DNA of 64,000 nt from Anthoceros angustus (GCA_010909165.1 VJWM01000196.1:310001-374000); one strand, 5' to 3'; numbered from the stretch's first letter, positions 1 through 14,980 are shown. The notes: a model not told the origin generated them from the letters alone. Program-made: numbers and translations.

Positions 1-2724
1 GGTGTACCCTTGTCGTCGGACAATTAGCTTTGGAGTGTCCCTGCGCCCAGCAGAAGAGGTTGGCTCGTGGGTTCGTGAGACTCTCCGCCTCTCATGTTCC
101 TTGACCGCATTAAGATGGAATTTCTCGAATTTTGCCATCATCTCCTCCATCTTGTTCCCCTGTTGTTCTACTTTCTTGTGCTACCTCGGCCTCCCTTCTC
201 CTTTATTCGCGTCCTTCACGTACATCGCCTCTGTTTTGCCCTTGCCGACTCCTTGTTGTCCGTGCACGACCCTTCATTTTCTTTTTCCATTTGGCGCTCC
301 TCATCGATGGCCTTCCTCCTCACTCGTTTCCTCCTCAGGAACTTTCATGGAATCTTACGTGGAGCTTTCTTCACGATGAACTTCCTTAGGAGGATGAGGA
401 ATCCCTTCTTTTTTCGTCTGGGCTTCTTCTTCTCCTTCTTAGCCTTCCTCCTCCCTTGCGGGTTGGATTCCTCATAGTTTAGCGCCGCCTTGATAGCCTT
501 GCCCAAATTCTTCTCCGCTTGTAACCTTCGTGTCTCCCCATCTTAGAACCCGGGCCTTTAGCGAACCACCGTATTGCAACTCGAGTGAGGGCCACTTGAT
601 CGCGTGGGCTGAAACCTCTCCACATACGCTGCAAGGTTTCCTTCTTTCCTCTGCGGTTTTCAAGCTTGGACAACACGTATCCCTCGTCAAGCCCCAGACC
701 TTTCACAGGCGGTTTTAATTCTTCATAGGTTCTTTGGAGGTGTGGCGACTTGAGGTATTCGCGCCTATACCACTTATTTGGACCCCGAAGAACTCCATAG
801 AACAATGAATCTGTGCATCTCCGCTTCTGGTTTGCAAATGTCATCAAAGCGCTCAACAAATTCATCGAGGTCTTCATACCCTTCCCTCTCCATCTGACGG
901 ATAAGGTTGCTTGGTGGTGACCACCACCGTGGTGGTGGTGGTCATGACTATCGTTCTTGATTCGGCTGGTTGGTCCAACAACGGTTCTGCGGAGTCGATT
1001 GATCTCCAACGATGCACACTTTTGGAAGAGGTGGGTGGATGGAATTGGTCCGAGGTTCCTTGGCGGTGGTACCTCGTCCAAGTCGAGGTTGGGGATCTTG
1101 CTCCAACAAGATCGGACCCCGTCCCAGTTGCTTCCTTACCTCCTTCTCCTTCCAGCAGTGCGTCTTCTGGACCCTCCTCAACTCGCGGTTTGCAACCCTT
1201 TTAACCTTTCCGGTGCTTGGCGTTGTCGCTTCTCGTGTGGCCTTCCGTCCCGACTTGACTCGAACCCTCGACTCAACCGTGGCATCCATCTACCTAACTA
1301 GATACACTCCAAAACTAGACACCTAAGCTATGGTTAGTCCCCTATAACCTTGATTTCATTCCCCCGGGCGCCAAAATGTGGAATGGGTTTTGCATCGAAG
1401 GCGCAAAGAGGCCACATTTACCCTCTATGTCGTTATAGTCCTAGGATTCGATCCCAAGGGAATGGTGTTGTGTCAAGGTGTGCTAAATCTATGGATTCTA
1501 GACCTGCGTCGCTCACCTTCTCTACCACTGCCCAAACCCACCGTGGTAGACTCGGCCACCGTGGCGGTTCGTGGCGGCACCCTGTGTGCCTTCGCGAGTC
1601 TATTCGCGACTCTCGGACCTAGGGGCTATCGGACACCTATATCGCCTCACCTTACGGAATTTCTGCGATCCACCACGCTTCCTCACACTCGTTTCCTCCT
1701 CAGGAACTTTACGTGGAATCTTGTGGAGCTTTCTTCACGATGAACTTCCTTCCGAGGAGGATGAGGATCCCTTCTTTTTCGATCACAGGCTTCTTCTTCT
1801 CCTTCTTAGCCTTCCTCCTCCCTTGCGGGTTGGATTCCTCATAGTTTAGCGCCGCCTTGATAGCCTTGCCCAAATTCTTCTCCGCTTGTAACCTTCGTGT
1901 CTCCCCATCTTAGAACCCAGGCCTTTAGCGAACCACCGTGTGCACCAACTCAGTGAGGCCACTTGATCGCGTGCGGTGAAACCTCTCCACATACGCTGCA
2001 AGGTTTCCTTCTTTCCTCTCTGCGGCACAAGCTTGGACAACACGTATCCCTCGTCAAGCCCCAGACCTTTCACAGGCGGTTTTAATTCTTCATAGGTTCT
2101 TTGGAGGTGTGGTGACTTGAGGTATTCGCCTATACCACTGGACCCCGAAGAACTCCATAGAACAATGAATCTGTGCATCTCCGCTTCTGGTTTGCAAATG
2201 TCATTGCTCAAAGCGCTCAACAAATTCATCGGGGTCTTCATACCCTTCCCTCTCCATACAGTGGATAAGGTTGCTTGGTGGTGACCACCACCGTGGTGGT
2301 GGTCATGACTATCGTTCTTGATTAGTGGTTGGTCCAACAACGGTTCTGAGTCGATTGATCTCCAACGATGCACACTTTTGGAAGAGGTCGGTGGATGGAA
2401 TTGGTCAGGTTCCTTGGCGGTGGTACCTCGTCCAAGTCGAGGTTGGGGATCTTGCTCCAACAAGATCGGACCCCGTCCCCTGGTTGCTTCCTTACCTCCT
2501 TCTCCTTCCAGCGGGTCTTGGTGGACCCTCCTCAACTCGCGGTTTGCAACCCTTTTAACCTTTCCGATTGCTTGGCGTTGTCGCTTCTCGTGTGGCCTTC
2601 CGTCCCGACTTGACTCGAACCAACCCGTGGCATCCATCTACCTAACTAGATACACTCCAAAACTAGACACCTAAGCTATGGTTAGTCCCCTATAACCTTG
2701 ATTTCATTCCCGGCAGCGCCAAAA

Positions 2725-5700
2725 TGTGGAATGGGTTTTGCATCGAAGGCGCAAAGAGGCCACATTTACCCTCTATGTCGTTATAGTCCTAGGATTCGAT
2801 CCCAAGGGAATGGTGTTGTGTCAAGGTGTGCTAAATCTATGGATTCTAGACCGCCTCGCTCACACCTTCTCTACCTGCCCACCACCGTGGTAGACTCGGC
2901 CACCGCGTGGCAGTTCGAATGGCGGAGCCCACCAGACGCCGCCTTCGCGAGTCTACCGTCTTCTCTAACACGGACCTAGGGGCTATCGGACACCTATATC
3001 GCCTCACCTTACGGAATTTCTGCGATCCACCACGCTTCCTCCTCCCTCCTCAACTCGCGGTTTGCAACCCTTTTAACCTTTCCCCACAACCTCCACCTCG
3101 CTCTCACAATCCCTCCCGGTAGCACCCCTACCTCAACCTTTCCCTTCCCAATGAACTCTCGTCTCGCACGGGCCACAGACCCCTTTTCCCTTGGGCCACA
3201 GACCCTCCACCACGGACCCCTCTCTCATGGAATGAACACACAGTGGCGGCAGTTGGAAGAGGATCGGGAAAAACCCGATCGGTGCTTGGGCGATTCACGC
3301 CCGGCGATTCACCGACTTTCGCGGCCTTCCCTTCCGGCGCGCCGCCTTCGTTACCCAGGCGTGGAGCTTGGCCACTCCGCTCTCGACCATCCGAGATCTT
3401 CCGGCCTTCTTGTGACGAAGGCGGTGGCCCGTTTGATCTTGACCGTCTCAATCAACCCCTCGGCGGTTCGATACGGAAGTTCACACGAAATCGTCGCTTG
3501 AGAGACACCCAAAGGGTCTCTTATACATCTGTGGTCCAACACACTCACTTCTCTTTAGTGTCTAAAATTGTAGCTCCTACCACGGCGCCTTACCAATCTA
3601 AGCAACAACTCTGGTGATGGAACTCCCTATCCTCGCGAAAAACCCGGTCCTAGGCTATCGCGACTCCCCTAAAATCAGCTGCCGCCTCATGATTCTTTGC
3701 CTCGCCCTCGGCCCATGGGGACCCCTCTCGCTCTTGACCTCGCCTGATCCGGCGATTTTCCCCACAACCTCCACCTCGCTCTCACTGAATTTCCCTCGCG
3801 CCTTCCAGCGGCGCCTTTGTGACCTCTATGTCCATTGTCCCTCCTCCTCATTTGGACAACCATACGTGCTCCTCCTCATTTGGACAACCATACGTGCTCC
3901 TCCCTCCATGCTCGCTGCGCCTCGCTCATCTCTTCCGGCACACTTGCGGAGGATGGCGCCCGCTCTACTCGAAGGAACCAGCAGTAGCACTGTGGCGTCA
4001 AGATGTCTGACCCGGTGGTTTACGCCCCTCCCCAACCCAACAACCACATACGTTTAGAGTGAGCACCGCTCGGCGAAGCAGGGACATGAGCATCCTCATC
4101 CGGACCCCGTAACTGTCTTCGTCTGAGGTCCTTACCCTCTCCTCCGTGGACAATCCACAGGCGGTGATTCTCGGGATCATCCCTCCATCTGCGACACTCC
4201 GTGGTGACTTCCCCACCTCGGTTCCCGTTCCACGGTGGCTGGTTTAGCCACCGTGGTGGTTACTTCCCCGGTGGTTGTTTCGGCTCCTGCGGTGGCATTG
4301 CTCGGCCTTCTTGGTTTGGCCACCTCTCTCTTGACTACGGCTAACCGTCTCTTTTCGCTTGTACCTCTGATTTCTTGAATTTCTCCAAGGCGCCATCGCT
4401 TCCACTGCTCTGGACTCGAGACCTCATCCAAGCTCTTCAATTGTAGCATCGCCCCTTGACTGATTTACTAAAGCTTCTGAGTGGACATGCCTTGCTCCAT
4501 GCCTTGCATAAGGCCCGCGCTCGCTGCGCTCCTCGGCCGCCTTGCTCTCGCCTTCAGGCTCCAACTTCTCCTTGAGCAACTTCTCCTGGCCTTGCACACT
4601 CGGCCAGTGAGCCATGGGCGATCGAGGAGATCACTGCGTCGTGCCATGGCAAGTCAAACCACCAAATCCCCAAATTGGGCTGTCCCTTGCCCATCCGCCT
4701 CCACAACAATTCTCGTGTCACGGTGTCTCCTATCCCCACCTCGTAGGACGGTTCGGTGAAATGTCGCCAAAATGTCCGAGCTCCGTTGCGGTCTCGGGTG
4801 AAGTTAACCCCTCCTCTCCTAGGGGTTGGTGCGCCTTGCCTCTTCCCTTCATTCTCCCCTAGCGGCGATTCATCCCAGGAGGGAGCAACACCATTTCCCT
4901 TTATTTTCCCTTTACGTTCTGCTGCCGTCTTGACTGGTGACCACAGGTGTGGCTGGGTTCCTCCTCTGCTGCCTCCCCTTCTTGCCGATCCCGTTACCGT
5001 TGCGCCCTTCGCTTCTTACCCTTGGAAACTTCCCCACCCTCTTAGAACCTTCGAGCGCACTCCCAATCTTGGAATCCTTGCAATCCTCCTTCAATTCCTC
5101 CTCTTCTACCTTGAGTTCCCGGCTTCCAACCATGCAGGCGGACCGACTTCAACTCGTTAAACACGGAATGCAAATACATGAATCGGAAAATCGAAAATCA
5201 AGGAGGCCGAGGGAAGAAGAGTAATTCGCCTTCTCCTCACAGGCTCTTTGAAAATCATCCTCCCCAATCAATTTGTGTACCCTTGACCACCTCGTGAAGA
5301 AAAACCAAGAAGTGATCCGCCATATGATCCGGCTTAGGTTACAGGAACACAAAATCCATTTGGCCAATCCCACGCGTGAACACGAGTTGGCGAGTCACCC
5401 GACCATTGTTCACTCTCACTTCCCGAGGCTTCATGAGCGCGGCTGCGGCTTTCAAGGTCTTCTTTCTGGGGTCAATCACCAAGCTCCCATCTTCGATGCT
5501 TCGCCCTTCTTTTGAAGAGGCCAAATCCCGATTCTGCGGCCTTTTCCTCGCGTCACCCTCTTGCGACTTGGTCCTTAATTGCGGGCGCACTCTTGCACCA
5601 ATGCAGTCGTAGCACCATTTCTTCTCCATGAAACGGACCAGCTCTGCACCGGCGACTCTCACTTTCCGATGGTCCATGTTGGGCCCTGCGTGAGTGATTT

Positions 5701-8143
5701 CGGCTCGGGCGCCATCTCCTTCTCTCGTTGTCTCCCAAAACAAAACCTCGACTACCTGCGGATCACGGTCAAGATGTCTGACCCGATGGTTTACGCCCCT
5801 CTGTCCCAACAACCACATACGTTTAGGTGAGCACCGCTCACCATGCGGCGAGGACATGAGCATCCTCATCCGGGCCGTAACTGTCGCCCGATCGGTCCTT
5901 ACCCTCTCCTCCGTGGACAATCACAGGCGGTGCTGTTGATTCTCCAGGGATCATCCCTCCATCTGCGACACTCCATCGGTGACTTCCCCACCTCGGTTCC
6001 CGTTCCACGGTGGCTGGTTTAGCCACCGTGGTGGTTCCACGGTGGTTGTTTGCTCCTGCGGTGGTTTGCTCGGCCTTTCTTGGTTTGGCCACCTCTCTCT
6101 TGACTCGGCCCTAGCCGTCTCTTTCCGCTTGTACCTCTCATGACTTCTTGAATTTCTCCAAGGCGCCATCGCTTCCACACTCCTGGACTCGCGAGACCTC
6201 ATCTGAAGCTCTTCAATTGTAGCATCGCCCCTTGACTGATTTACTAAAGCTTCTGTTGAGTGGACATGTGCCTTAAGCGCTCCTGCCTTGCATAAGGCCG
6301 CACTCCGTCTGCGCTCCTCGGCCTTCTCGCCTTCGGGCTTCCAACTTCTCCTTGAGCAACTTCTCCTGTTGGCCTTGCACACTCGGCCAGTGAGAGCCAT
6401 GGGCGCTTGATCGAGGAGATCCTGCTGTCATGCCATGGCGTCAAACCACCAAATCCCCAAATTGGGCTGTCCCTTGCCCATCCGCCTCCACAACAATTCT
6501 CTGTGCGGTGTCTCCTATCCCCACCTCGGAGACGGTTCGGTGAAATGTCGCCAAAAATGTCCGAGCTCGTTGCGGTCTCGGGCTGAAGTTAACCCCTCCT
6601 CTCCTAGGGGTTGGTGCGCCTTGCCTCTTCCCCGCTTCTCCCCTAGCGGCGTCATCCTGCACACAGGAGGGAGCAACTTGCCATTTCCCTTTATTTTCCT
6701 CCTTTACCAGCGTTCCTGCTAGTCTTGACTGGTGACCACAGGTGTGGCTGGGTTCCTCCTCTGCTGTGCCTCCCCTTTTTCCCCCGTTCGATGCGCCTTG
6801 CTTCTTACCCTTGGAAACTTCCCCACCCTCTTAGAACCTTCGAGGCGCACTCCCAAGCTACTGGAATCCTTGCGAATCCTCCTTCAATTCCTCCTCTTCT
6901 ACCTTGAGTTCACTGGCTTCCAACCATGCAGGCGGACCGACTTCAACTCGTTAAACACCGGAATGCGCAAATACATGAATCGGAAAAGGCGAAATCAAGG
7001 AGGGCCGAGGGAAGGAGTAAATTCGCCTTCTCCTCACAGGCTCTTTCGAAAATCATCCTCCCCAATCAATTTGTGTACCCTTGACCACCTCGTGAAGAAA
7101 AACCAAGAAGTGATCCGCCATATGATCCGACTTAGGTTACAGGAACACAAAATCCATTTGGCCAATCCCACGCGTGAACACGAGTTGGCGAGTCACCCGA
7201 CCATTGTTCACTCTCACTTCCCGAGGCTTCATGGCGGGCAGCTTTCAAGGTCTTCTTGGGGTCAATCACCAAGCTCCCATCTTCGATGCTTCGCCTTCTT
7301 TTGAAGAGGCCAAATCCCGATTCTGCGGCCTTTTCCTCGCGTCACCCTCTTGCGACTTGGTCCTTAATTGCGGGCGCACTCTTGCACCAATGCAGTCGTA
7401 GCACCATTTCTTCTCCATGAAACGGACCAGCTCTGCACCGGCGACTCTCACTTTCCGATGGTCCATGTTGGGCCCTGCGTGAGTGATTTCGGCTCGGGCG
7501 CCATCTCCTTCTCTCGTTGTCTCCCAAAACAAAACCTCGACTACCTGCGGATCACGGTCAAGAGAAAAAAAATCGCCGCCCTCGCGCTCCTTCCACGCCT
7601 CCTCGCGAACTTGCCGATTTCTCTCCTCCGCCGCCGCTGCCACGATCGTCGCGCCTTTTCCTCCTGCAGCGAGGCGGTGATTTGGCTGGCGTCGTGGCAG
7701 CCCCTCTTCTTGCTGACTCGCTCCGTGCCCCTCACGGAAAGTCGCGACCTCGTCTTGGGTGTGCCTTCTCCCGATTCTCCGGTGTGGTAGTCCCGCTCCG
7801 CCACTAGGGTTGTAAATTCCCACAGTGCATGCGTCCGTTTCTCGGCCACCGTGGTGGAACTAGCCACCACCCAGACTACACAAGCGTGGCATATTGTGAG
7901 CATCCCTAGCATATATAGACACCTTTTATTCTAAAATTCCCAATACCCAAGGACTCTATTTCTACCCCACCCTCGGGTCAAACCTAAGGTCGAAAAATTA
8001 TTATTATCTCCAAGGGCCAAGGACCATTCCGTATAAAAGACGACTCGAGACGATTCTCAAAGCACTCTGCTATTCTAACACCCAAAACAAAAAAATCGTT
8101 CACGACACTTGAGGCGGGGTTAGTTCACATGTGGTCTTCCACA
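2725..8143 (-). repeat. Middle LTR of element A, containing an internal re-iterated block (~4000-5830 repeated at ~5770-7560)
   Basis: Same termini as 15103-18646. It is preceded on the minus strand by a PPT and followed by a PBS. The extra length comes from duplicated, indel-divergent blocks. A further partial LTR copy lies at 1377-1690. Confidence 0.8.
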
Positions 8144-8155
8144 TACTCCCTTCTC
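8144..8155 (-). promoter_or_regulatory. Polypurine tract of element A
   Basis: Minus-strand GAGAAGGGAGTA immediately precedes the LTR-initial TGTGGAAG. Confidence 0.8.
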
Positions 8156-8275
8156 ATTTGTTGGCGTCCTCGCCAACTTATTGGTAATATTCTTGACCCG
8201 CCAACCGTTTGGCGTTGGCAAGGGTGAGCCACTAAAATCGGAGTTGAATTGATCCGTTGTCGAAAACTTCGAAAA

Positions 8276-11200
8276 CTACGAAGGGCCCCATCCATCGAGA
8301 TGTAATTTACGGAAAATGCATGTATCGGTTATCATATAGTAAAGCGGATCCCGGGAACAACGTATTCTTGGCGCTTCAATCTCTTGTCGTGCCACTCCTT
8401 CCTCCTGTCTTTGGACATCCCGCATAACTTGGAGGCTTGTTCTCTGTCCTCCGTGTGTCGTCTGAAACCCACCAACCTTTCCAACTTTCCTCCACGGCAT
8501 TCGACTTGGTTCCTGTATTCTCGGTGGAACTTGAATTCTATTGGCATGACATGAATGCCGTAAGTAAGATAATACGGGTTTGCTGCGTTGTCACTTTTCC
8601 ATGATCTGCATACGTCTTGAATGCGATTTCATATCGATCATACATAGGCGGTGAGTTTGGTTAGGATCTTGCACAACAAGCCATTTGCCTTTTTGACCCA
8701 TTGGCTTTTGGGTTATAAGGCGTGGACTTCTGGCGGCGTTGAAGTGGTTGGTCATGTTGGAGATTACGATTGAGAAATGTGTTCTCTGTCTCACCCGGCT
8801 CCAGTGAGCAGCCATATCGGTGATGATTTGCTCGAGCAGAATCGCGCTCGACGTCGCCGAATCTACGGCGATTGTGCTTCTACCATCCGCGTCTGATGTC
8901 TGTGGCCACGGGATGTATTGGTTTTGGCGAGCCTTGGTTTTGAGGATAGGTGACAAAATCGATTCCCCATTTCTCGAATGGTGCGGTGCAAGTATGGGGA
9001 CAAGGGCCATTGGGTTGTTCTTTGTTGGCTTGCCGACCCTTTGGCAAGCGTCACGGCTTCCGAACTCCTTGGCATCCTTGTACATTGTAGGCCACCAATA
9101 GCCGACCTCAAAATTTTTCACGCATGTGACATGCGCGGCATAATGACCTCCGCCTCTTCTTCGTGTAAAGAGCTCGGGACTCGCTCACACGATGCGTGCC
9201 ATAACTCCCTGCCGTCCGGTGACTCGGTATAAATTCATATTGTGCCGTGTGAATAGTGGAGTAGTGGACAACGCTTTGAATCATGTCTTGGAGATGTGGA
9301 GAATTTGGCTGTGCCAAGATAATCGTATATCTCGATATGTTGGTCTTCCACCCTCCCTTCTCAATCGATCTTGGCTCCCTCCTTCGGGGCTTCGGTTGGT
9401 TTGCAACTCCTGCGAGCGTGTCTCATCGGAAAGTCGTCTTCCTGGTTTTCCACCTTCCTGTTTTCAATCGAGATATGAAGTCGGCATTGATATGCTTCCT
9501 ACCCTCTCTCGTTTCCTTTGTGAAGGTAAACTCACAGGCGGCAAGATCCGTGCTATCGTCCGAAAGGTCGGGTTTATTCACAAGGTGTTTCAAGGCAAAG
9601 TGGTCAACATGGAACACAAATTCATACGAGAGGAGGTAGTGTCGAATTTCGAGTAAACCATTCCCGATGCTTGGCTCCGTGGTGGTATACTTTCGCTCGC
9701 GTCCGTTAGTTGTCTCCGGCATAGTAGATCGGAAAATCCTTCTTCTTCTCATCCGTGGCTAAGGACCCAATTGCAAATCTTTGAAACATCAGCAGCGTGG
9801 AACTTCTTACTCCAGTCCGGTCCTTTTAGCGTGGGAGCTGTAGCCAGTGTGGTGCGTAAGTCCTGAAATGCTTCCTCCCGTTGCGTCGTCCACTCCCACT
9901 CCTGATCCTTCCTTAACAAGCTCGTTAGTGGGGCAGCCCGCTTGGCGAAATTTGGAACGAAGCGTCTATAATATCCGACCATCCCCAGGAACCCGCGGAG
10001 TTCCTTTAGCGTTGTTGGTGCTCTAAGGGTGGCGATGACCTTTACCTTGTCCGGATCTACTTCTATACCTCGGCTTGAAAATTCGATGCAGCGAATTCCT
10101 CGACATGCAGTAGCACTTTTACGGATGCGAGCATAATTGCGTTGCTCGGCGCTCGAGCACTTCCGAGGTGCGGCGGATGGTCCTTGGCCCAGAATCTGGT
10201 CGTCGGAAAACTTCCATAAAGTCGCGGAAGTCCTTGAAAATTTTGATGGCTCGCATGAAGGACCCAGTGCTCCGTCAACCCAAATGCTGCGCTTGTAAGC
10301 ATATGTCCCCGATCGGTTGTAAAAGCGGTCGAGGCCAATCGCTCTCCCTAAGGTGCGGTGATTATACCCAGTACCGTCTAGGAATGAATCGCCATTACAC
10401 TGCGACGGATCCGAGGATATTATCGATGAAGGGTAGCGGAAAGTGATCCTTCTTGGTGACCTTATTCAACCTTCTCCGATCGACAAACTCGGATTTTGCT
10501 GGCCTCTTAGGTACTACCACTATTGGAGCCACCCATTCGGTATTGACTATAGGATAGATCACATCTGCCTTGAGGTACATCTCCAACTGATCCTTTACCT
10601 TGAGGGAGTACTTCGGATTTAACTTGTACTGTGGAATCCTTACTGGGATTGCTCCTGGTTCCAGGTCAATCCTATGCTCGCCCCATTCTTTGGGGATCCC
10701 CTTCATGTCTGTTACCTCGAAGGCGAAAACATCGATGAATTCTGCAAGCAGCTGCTTCATTCCTTCCTCCAACGCCGCATCCATTGTTCTGGAGAATTTG
10801 AGCACCTTCCCTGGAAGAACCTCAACGTCCTTGACTTCATTTCTGCCCTCGCTCTCAGTGCGGTGCTAACCCGAATCCTTCTTCTCCTTCCTCCAACGCC
10901 GCATCCATTGTTAGAATTTGAGCACCTTCACGGAAGAACCTCAACGTCCTTGACTTCATCGGCCCACCACTCGCGCTCTCGGTGCGGTGCTAACCCCGAA
11001 TCCTTCTTACGGCTCCGCGGTTCCTCTTCTCTCATGCCCCATTCCTAAACAAATCCTCCGGCGTGGCTGCGTAGCGCCTCCTCCATTCTCCTGCTTAGAA
11101 TCCGCCGGACCCCAGCGGAGCATTCGTACCCGTAACGACCCTCGGGTTAATTGTATATGGGATATCTCTGCGGTAGTCCCGCTCCTCATCGGACCATGAG

Positions 11201-12800
11201 ATGTGTGCGACGGAACCTATCTTCCTCTTCCATCTCCCGGACGTGTCCTCTAGTGTACCCTTTTTGATTGGAGTTTCACTGCATACATGTCCTTACTCCA
11301 CGATAGGCACATCCTTCCCTCCTTGGTCTTGGGATCCCATTCCAGCGGTTTAAAACCGACTTCCTTCCCACTTGGCGTGCATTGCGATCGTACATCCATG
11401 TTCGGCCAATTAGGACGTCGTGCCACAGCGATTTTCTTTGGATGACTACATAATCCATCAAGTAGGGATGGTTCCAATGGTCGTTAGCACCTGTCGGTTC
11501 ACCGGCACCATTACGGACATGTCGGCCTCAAAACCTTGGTAGTATGTTCAATATCCAAGCCCAATTTCCTAGCCGTGTCTTACATCATAATATTTACACA
11601 GAGAGGCACTCCTTTGATGACACATCCGAAATTTCCACAGGTTGGTGGGCCTTGATCCACCATGGATACCAAGTTCATGGCGGCTGAGGGTATAGGAACA
11701 TTGCGCCTCTTTTGGGTTGCGCCTCTTTTAACGCCCTCGATCTGTTGCCTATCTGGATTGTCTCGGAGGAGTTGTCCGAATGTGATCATGAAATGTTGGT
11801 CCATGATGGCCTCGGCGAGATTGAAAGAAGCGGTGGCCGCCTGACCTCATCCGAGTTTGGTTGGTGTGGGTTCCCGGTTCGTCATGACTTGGGGTACGGT
11901 GGCCCCGGTGGGGTGGTGGACTCCCACAGGGTGGTGGAAATCGACACCCCGCCTTTTCCCGTAGCCTCCCTTGCCAATTCTTCTTGTATCATATCCATGA
12001 CTTCGCCCGTCGTCCGGAAACCCTAACTCGGTTCGGTAACTTTCTCTCGAAATCGGTGGGTTCCACCCCTTTGACCCCTTCGGAGCATTCGGCGGTTACC
12101 CGTAACGACCCTCACGGGTTAATTGTATATGGGATATCTCTGCGGTAGTCCCGCTCCTCATCGACCATGAGATGTGTGCGACGGAACCTATCTTCCTCTT
12201 CCTCATCTCCCGGACGTGTCCTCTGAGAGTGTACCTACATTTTGATTGGAGTTTCACATACATGTCCTTACTCCACGATAGGCACATCCTTCCCTCCTTG
12301 GTCTTGGGATCCCATTCCAGCGGTTTAAAACCGACTTCCCACTTGGCGTGCATTGCGATCGTACATCCATGTTCGGCCAATTAGGGGCGTACCACAGCGA
12401 TTTTCTTTGGATGACTACATAATCCATCAAGTAGGGATGGTTCCAATGGTCGTTAGCACCTGTCGGTTCCCCGGCACCATTACGGACATGTGGCTAGCCT
12501 CAAAACCTTGGTAGTATGTTCAATATCCAAGCCCAATTTCCTAGCCGTGTCTTGTCATAATATTTACCCGTGTCAGAGGCACTCCTTTGACACATCCGAA
12601 ATTTCCACAGGTTGGTGGGCCTTGATCCACCATGGATACCAAGTTCACATGGGGCGGGGGAACATTGCGCCTCTCTTTTGGGTTGCGCCTCTTTTAACGC
12701 CCTCGATCATTGCCTATACGGATTGTCTCGGAGGAGTTGTCCGAATGTGATCATGAAATGTTGGTCCATGATGGCCTCGGCGAGATTGAAAGAAGCGGTG
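8276..12800 (-). pseudogene. pol: Element A pol: protease, RT, RNase H, integrase (frameshifted; protease block duplicated at ~11050-12060 and ~12090-13020)
   Basis: Fragments HDVLIGRTWMYD (protease), ORF 10395-10805 (RT), VGYYRRFVPNFAKRAAPLTSLLRKD (connection), RHYLLSYEFVFHVDHFALKHL (RNase H) and YWWPTMYKDAKEF..CQR (integrase). Confidence 0.88.
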
Positions 12801-13053
12801 GCCTGACCTTCGCCATCCGAGTTTGGTTGGTTGTGGGTTCCCTTCGTCATGACTTGGTGGTGGCCCTTCCGGTGGGGTGGTGGACTCCCACAGGGTGGTG
12901 GAAATCGACACCCCGCCTTTTCCCGTAGCCTCCTTGCCAATTCTTCTTGTATCATATCCATGACTTCCCGTCGTCCGGTGGAAACCCTAACTCGGTTCGG
13001 TAACTTTTCTACGAAATCGGTAGGGTTCCACCCCTTCGGCGCCGTCGTGACCT

Positions 13054-14980
13054 TCATTCACCTTTCCTTGTTGGAACACTCAGTCTCATTGCATCACTCT
13101 TTTGCACATATGGTCCATCCACTCTGAGGACTTGTTTTTTCGTCTTTGGCGTTCCGGTGTTGGTATTTCCGCCCATGGTGGCGACACTCTCTCCCTCATC
13201 GATCCGTGGTCGTATCCGCCTCCTTTCTTCTTTTTTCCCCCGTCGCCTCTCTTTTGCTTTTGTGCTCCTTGTTCTATGACCATGGCGGAGGCTTCCCCAT
13301 AATAATCGCTTCCTCACGTCTAATCCTCCAAGCTCCTCGGGGTTCCAATCTCGGCATCCTCCCATACCGCCATAAGTGCGTCCTCAACATGCATGGCGGA
13401 CACGGACTTGGGTTTGGCGAACTCCGTTCGGTGGGCGATCCTCACCGTCTTTACGGGGCTTTGGCGAGCACACTTCCGCCAAATGCCCTGCTTCAATCTT
13501 GACATAGTTTATCAAAATCTCCATTGCCTTGACGAGTTGGATAAGGCGGGCATGCGCATAGTGTCCAAGGTTGCGACAATTATAGCACAAGGCGGTATTG
13601 GATTGTTACCCTTGGTGATTCTGACGCCTACCCGTGGAATTACGTAGGTTGGTACATGGTCTTTGGGTACACTTGGGTTGGTGAACCTCACGGATCGGTA
13701 TGTATCTTCCACCGGACCCTCTTCCTCCTCTTCCTCATATCCCTTAGTGTACCCTTGTCGTCGGACAATTAGCTTTGGAGTGTCCCTGCCCACCGTTGAG
13801 CAGAGGTTGGCTCGTGGGTTCGTGACTCTCCGCCTCTCATGTTCCTTGACCGCATTAAGATGGAATTTCTCGAATTTTGCCATCATCTCCTCCATCTTGT
13901 TCCCTGTTGTTCTACTTTCTTGGCTACCTCGGCCTCCCTTCTCTTGTTCAGCGTCCTTCTTTGCATACGCCTCTGTTTTGCCCTTGCCCTCCTTGTTGTC
14001 CGTGCACGACCCTTCATTTTCTTTTTCCATTTGGCGCTCCTCATCGATGGCGCTTCCTCGACTGTCACTCGTTTCCTCCTCAGAGGAACTTTCATGGAAT
14101 CTTCTGGAGCTTTCTTCACGATGAACTTCCTTAGGAGGATGAGGAATCCCTTCTTTTTTCCGATCTGGCTTCTTCTTCTCCTTCTTAGCCTTCCTCCTCC
14201 CTTGCGGGTTGGATTCCTCATAGTTTAGCGCCGCGATAGCCTTGCCCAAATTCTTCTCCGCTTGTAACCTTTGTCTCCCCATCTTAGAACCCGGGCCTTT
14301 AGCGAACCACCGTGCAACTCAGTGAGGGCCACTTGATCGCGTGGTGTGAAACCTCTCCACATACGCTGCAAGGTTTCCTTCTTTCCTCTGCGGCAAGCTT
14401 GGACAACACGTATCCCTCTCGTCAAGCCCCTGAACCTTTCACGGGCGGTTTTAATTCTTCATAGGTTCTTTGGAGGTGTGGGCGACTTGAGGTATTCGCG
14501 CCTATACCACTTTTGGACCCCGAAGAACTCCATAGAACAAAGAATCTGTTGTGCATCTCCGCTTCTGGTTTGCAAATGTCGGCTCAAAGCGCTCAACAAA
14601 TTCATCGGGTCTTCATACCTTCCTCTCCATACTGGATAAGGTTGCTTGGTGGTGACCACCACCGTGTGGTGGTGGTCATGACTATCGTTCGATTCGGTTG
14701 GTTGGAACAACGGTTCTGCGAGTCGATTGATCTCCAGCGCACACTTTTGGAAGAGGTCGTGGATGGAATTGGTCCGAGGTTCCTTGGCGGTGGTACCTCG
14801 TCCAAGTCCGAGGTTGGGGATCTTGCTCCAACAAGATCGGACCCCGTCCCTGGTTGCTTCCTTACCTCCTTCTCCTTCCAACGGTGCGTCTTCCTGGACC
14901 CTCCTCAACTCGCGGTTTGCAACCCTTTTAACCTTTCCGATTGCTTGGCGTTGTCGCTTCTCGTGTGGCCTTAGTCCTTG
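13054..14980 (-). pseudogene. gag: Element A gag (frameshifted in this assembly)
   Basis: ORF 13512-14282 (E/K-rich linker), zinc knuckles at ~13590-13480, and upstream gag-like fragments 14225-15001. Partial copies at 1-1260 and 1690-2640. Confidence 0.7.
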
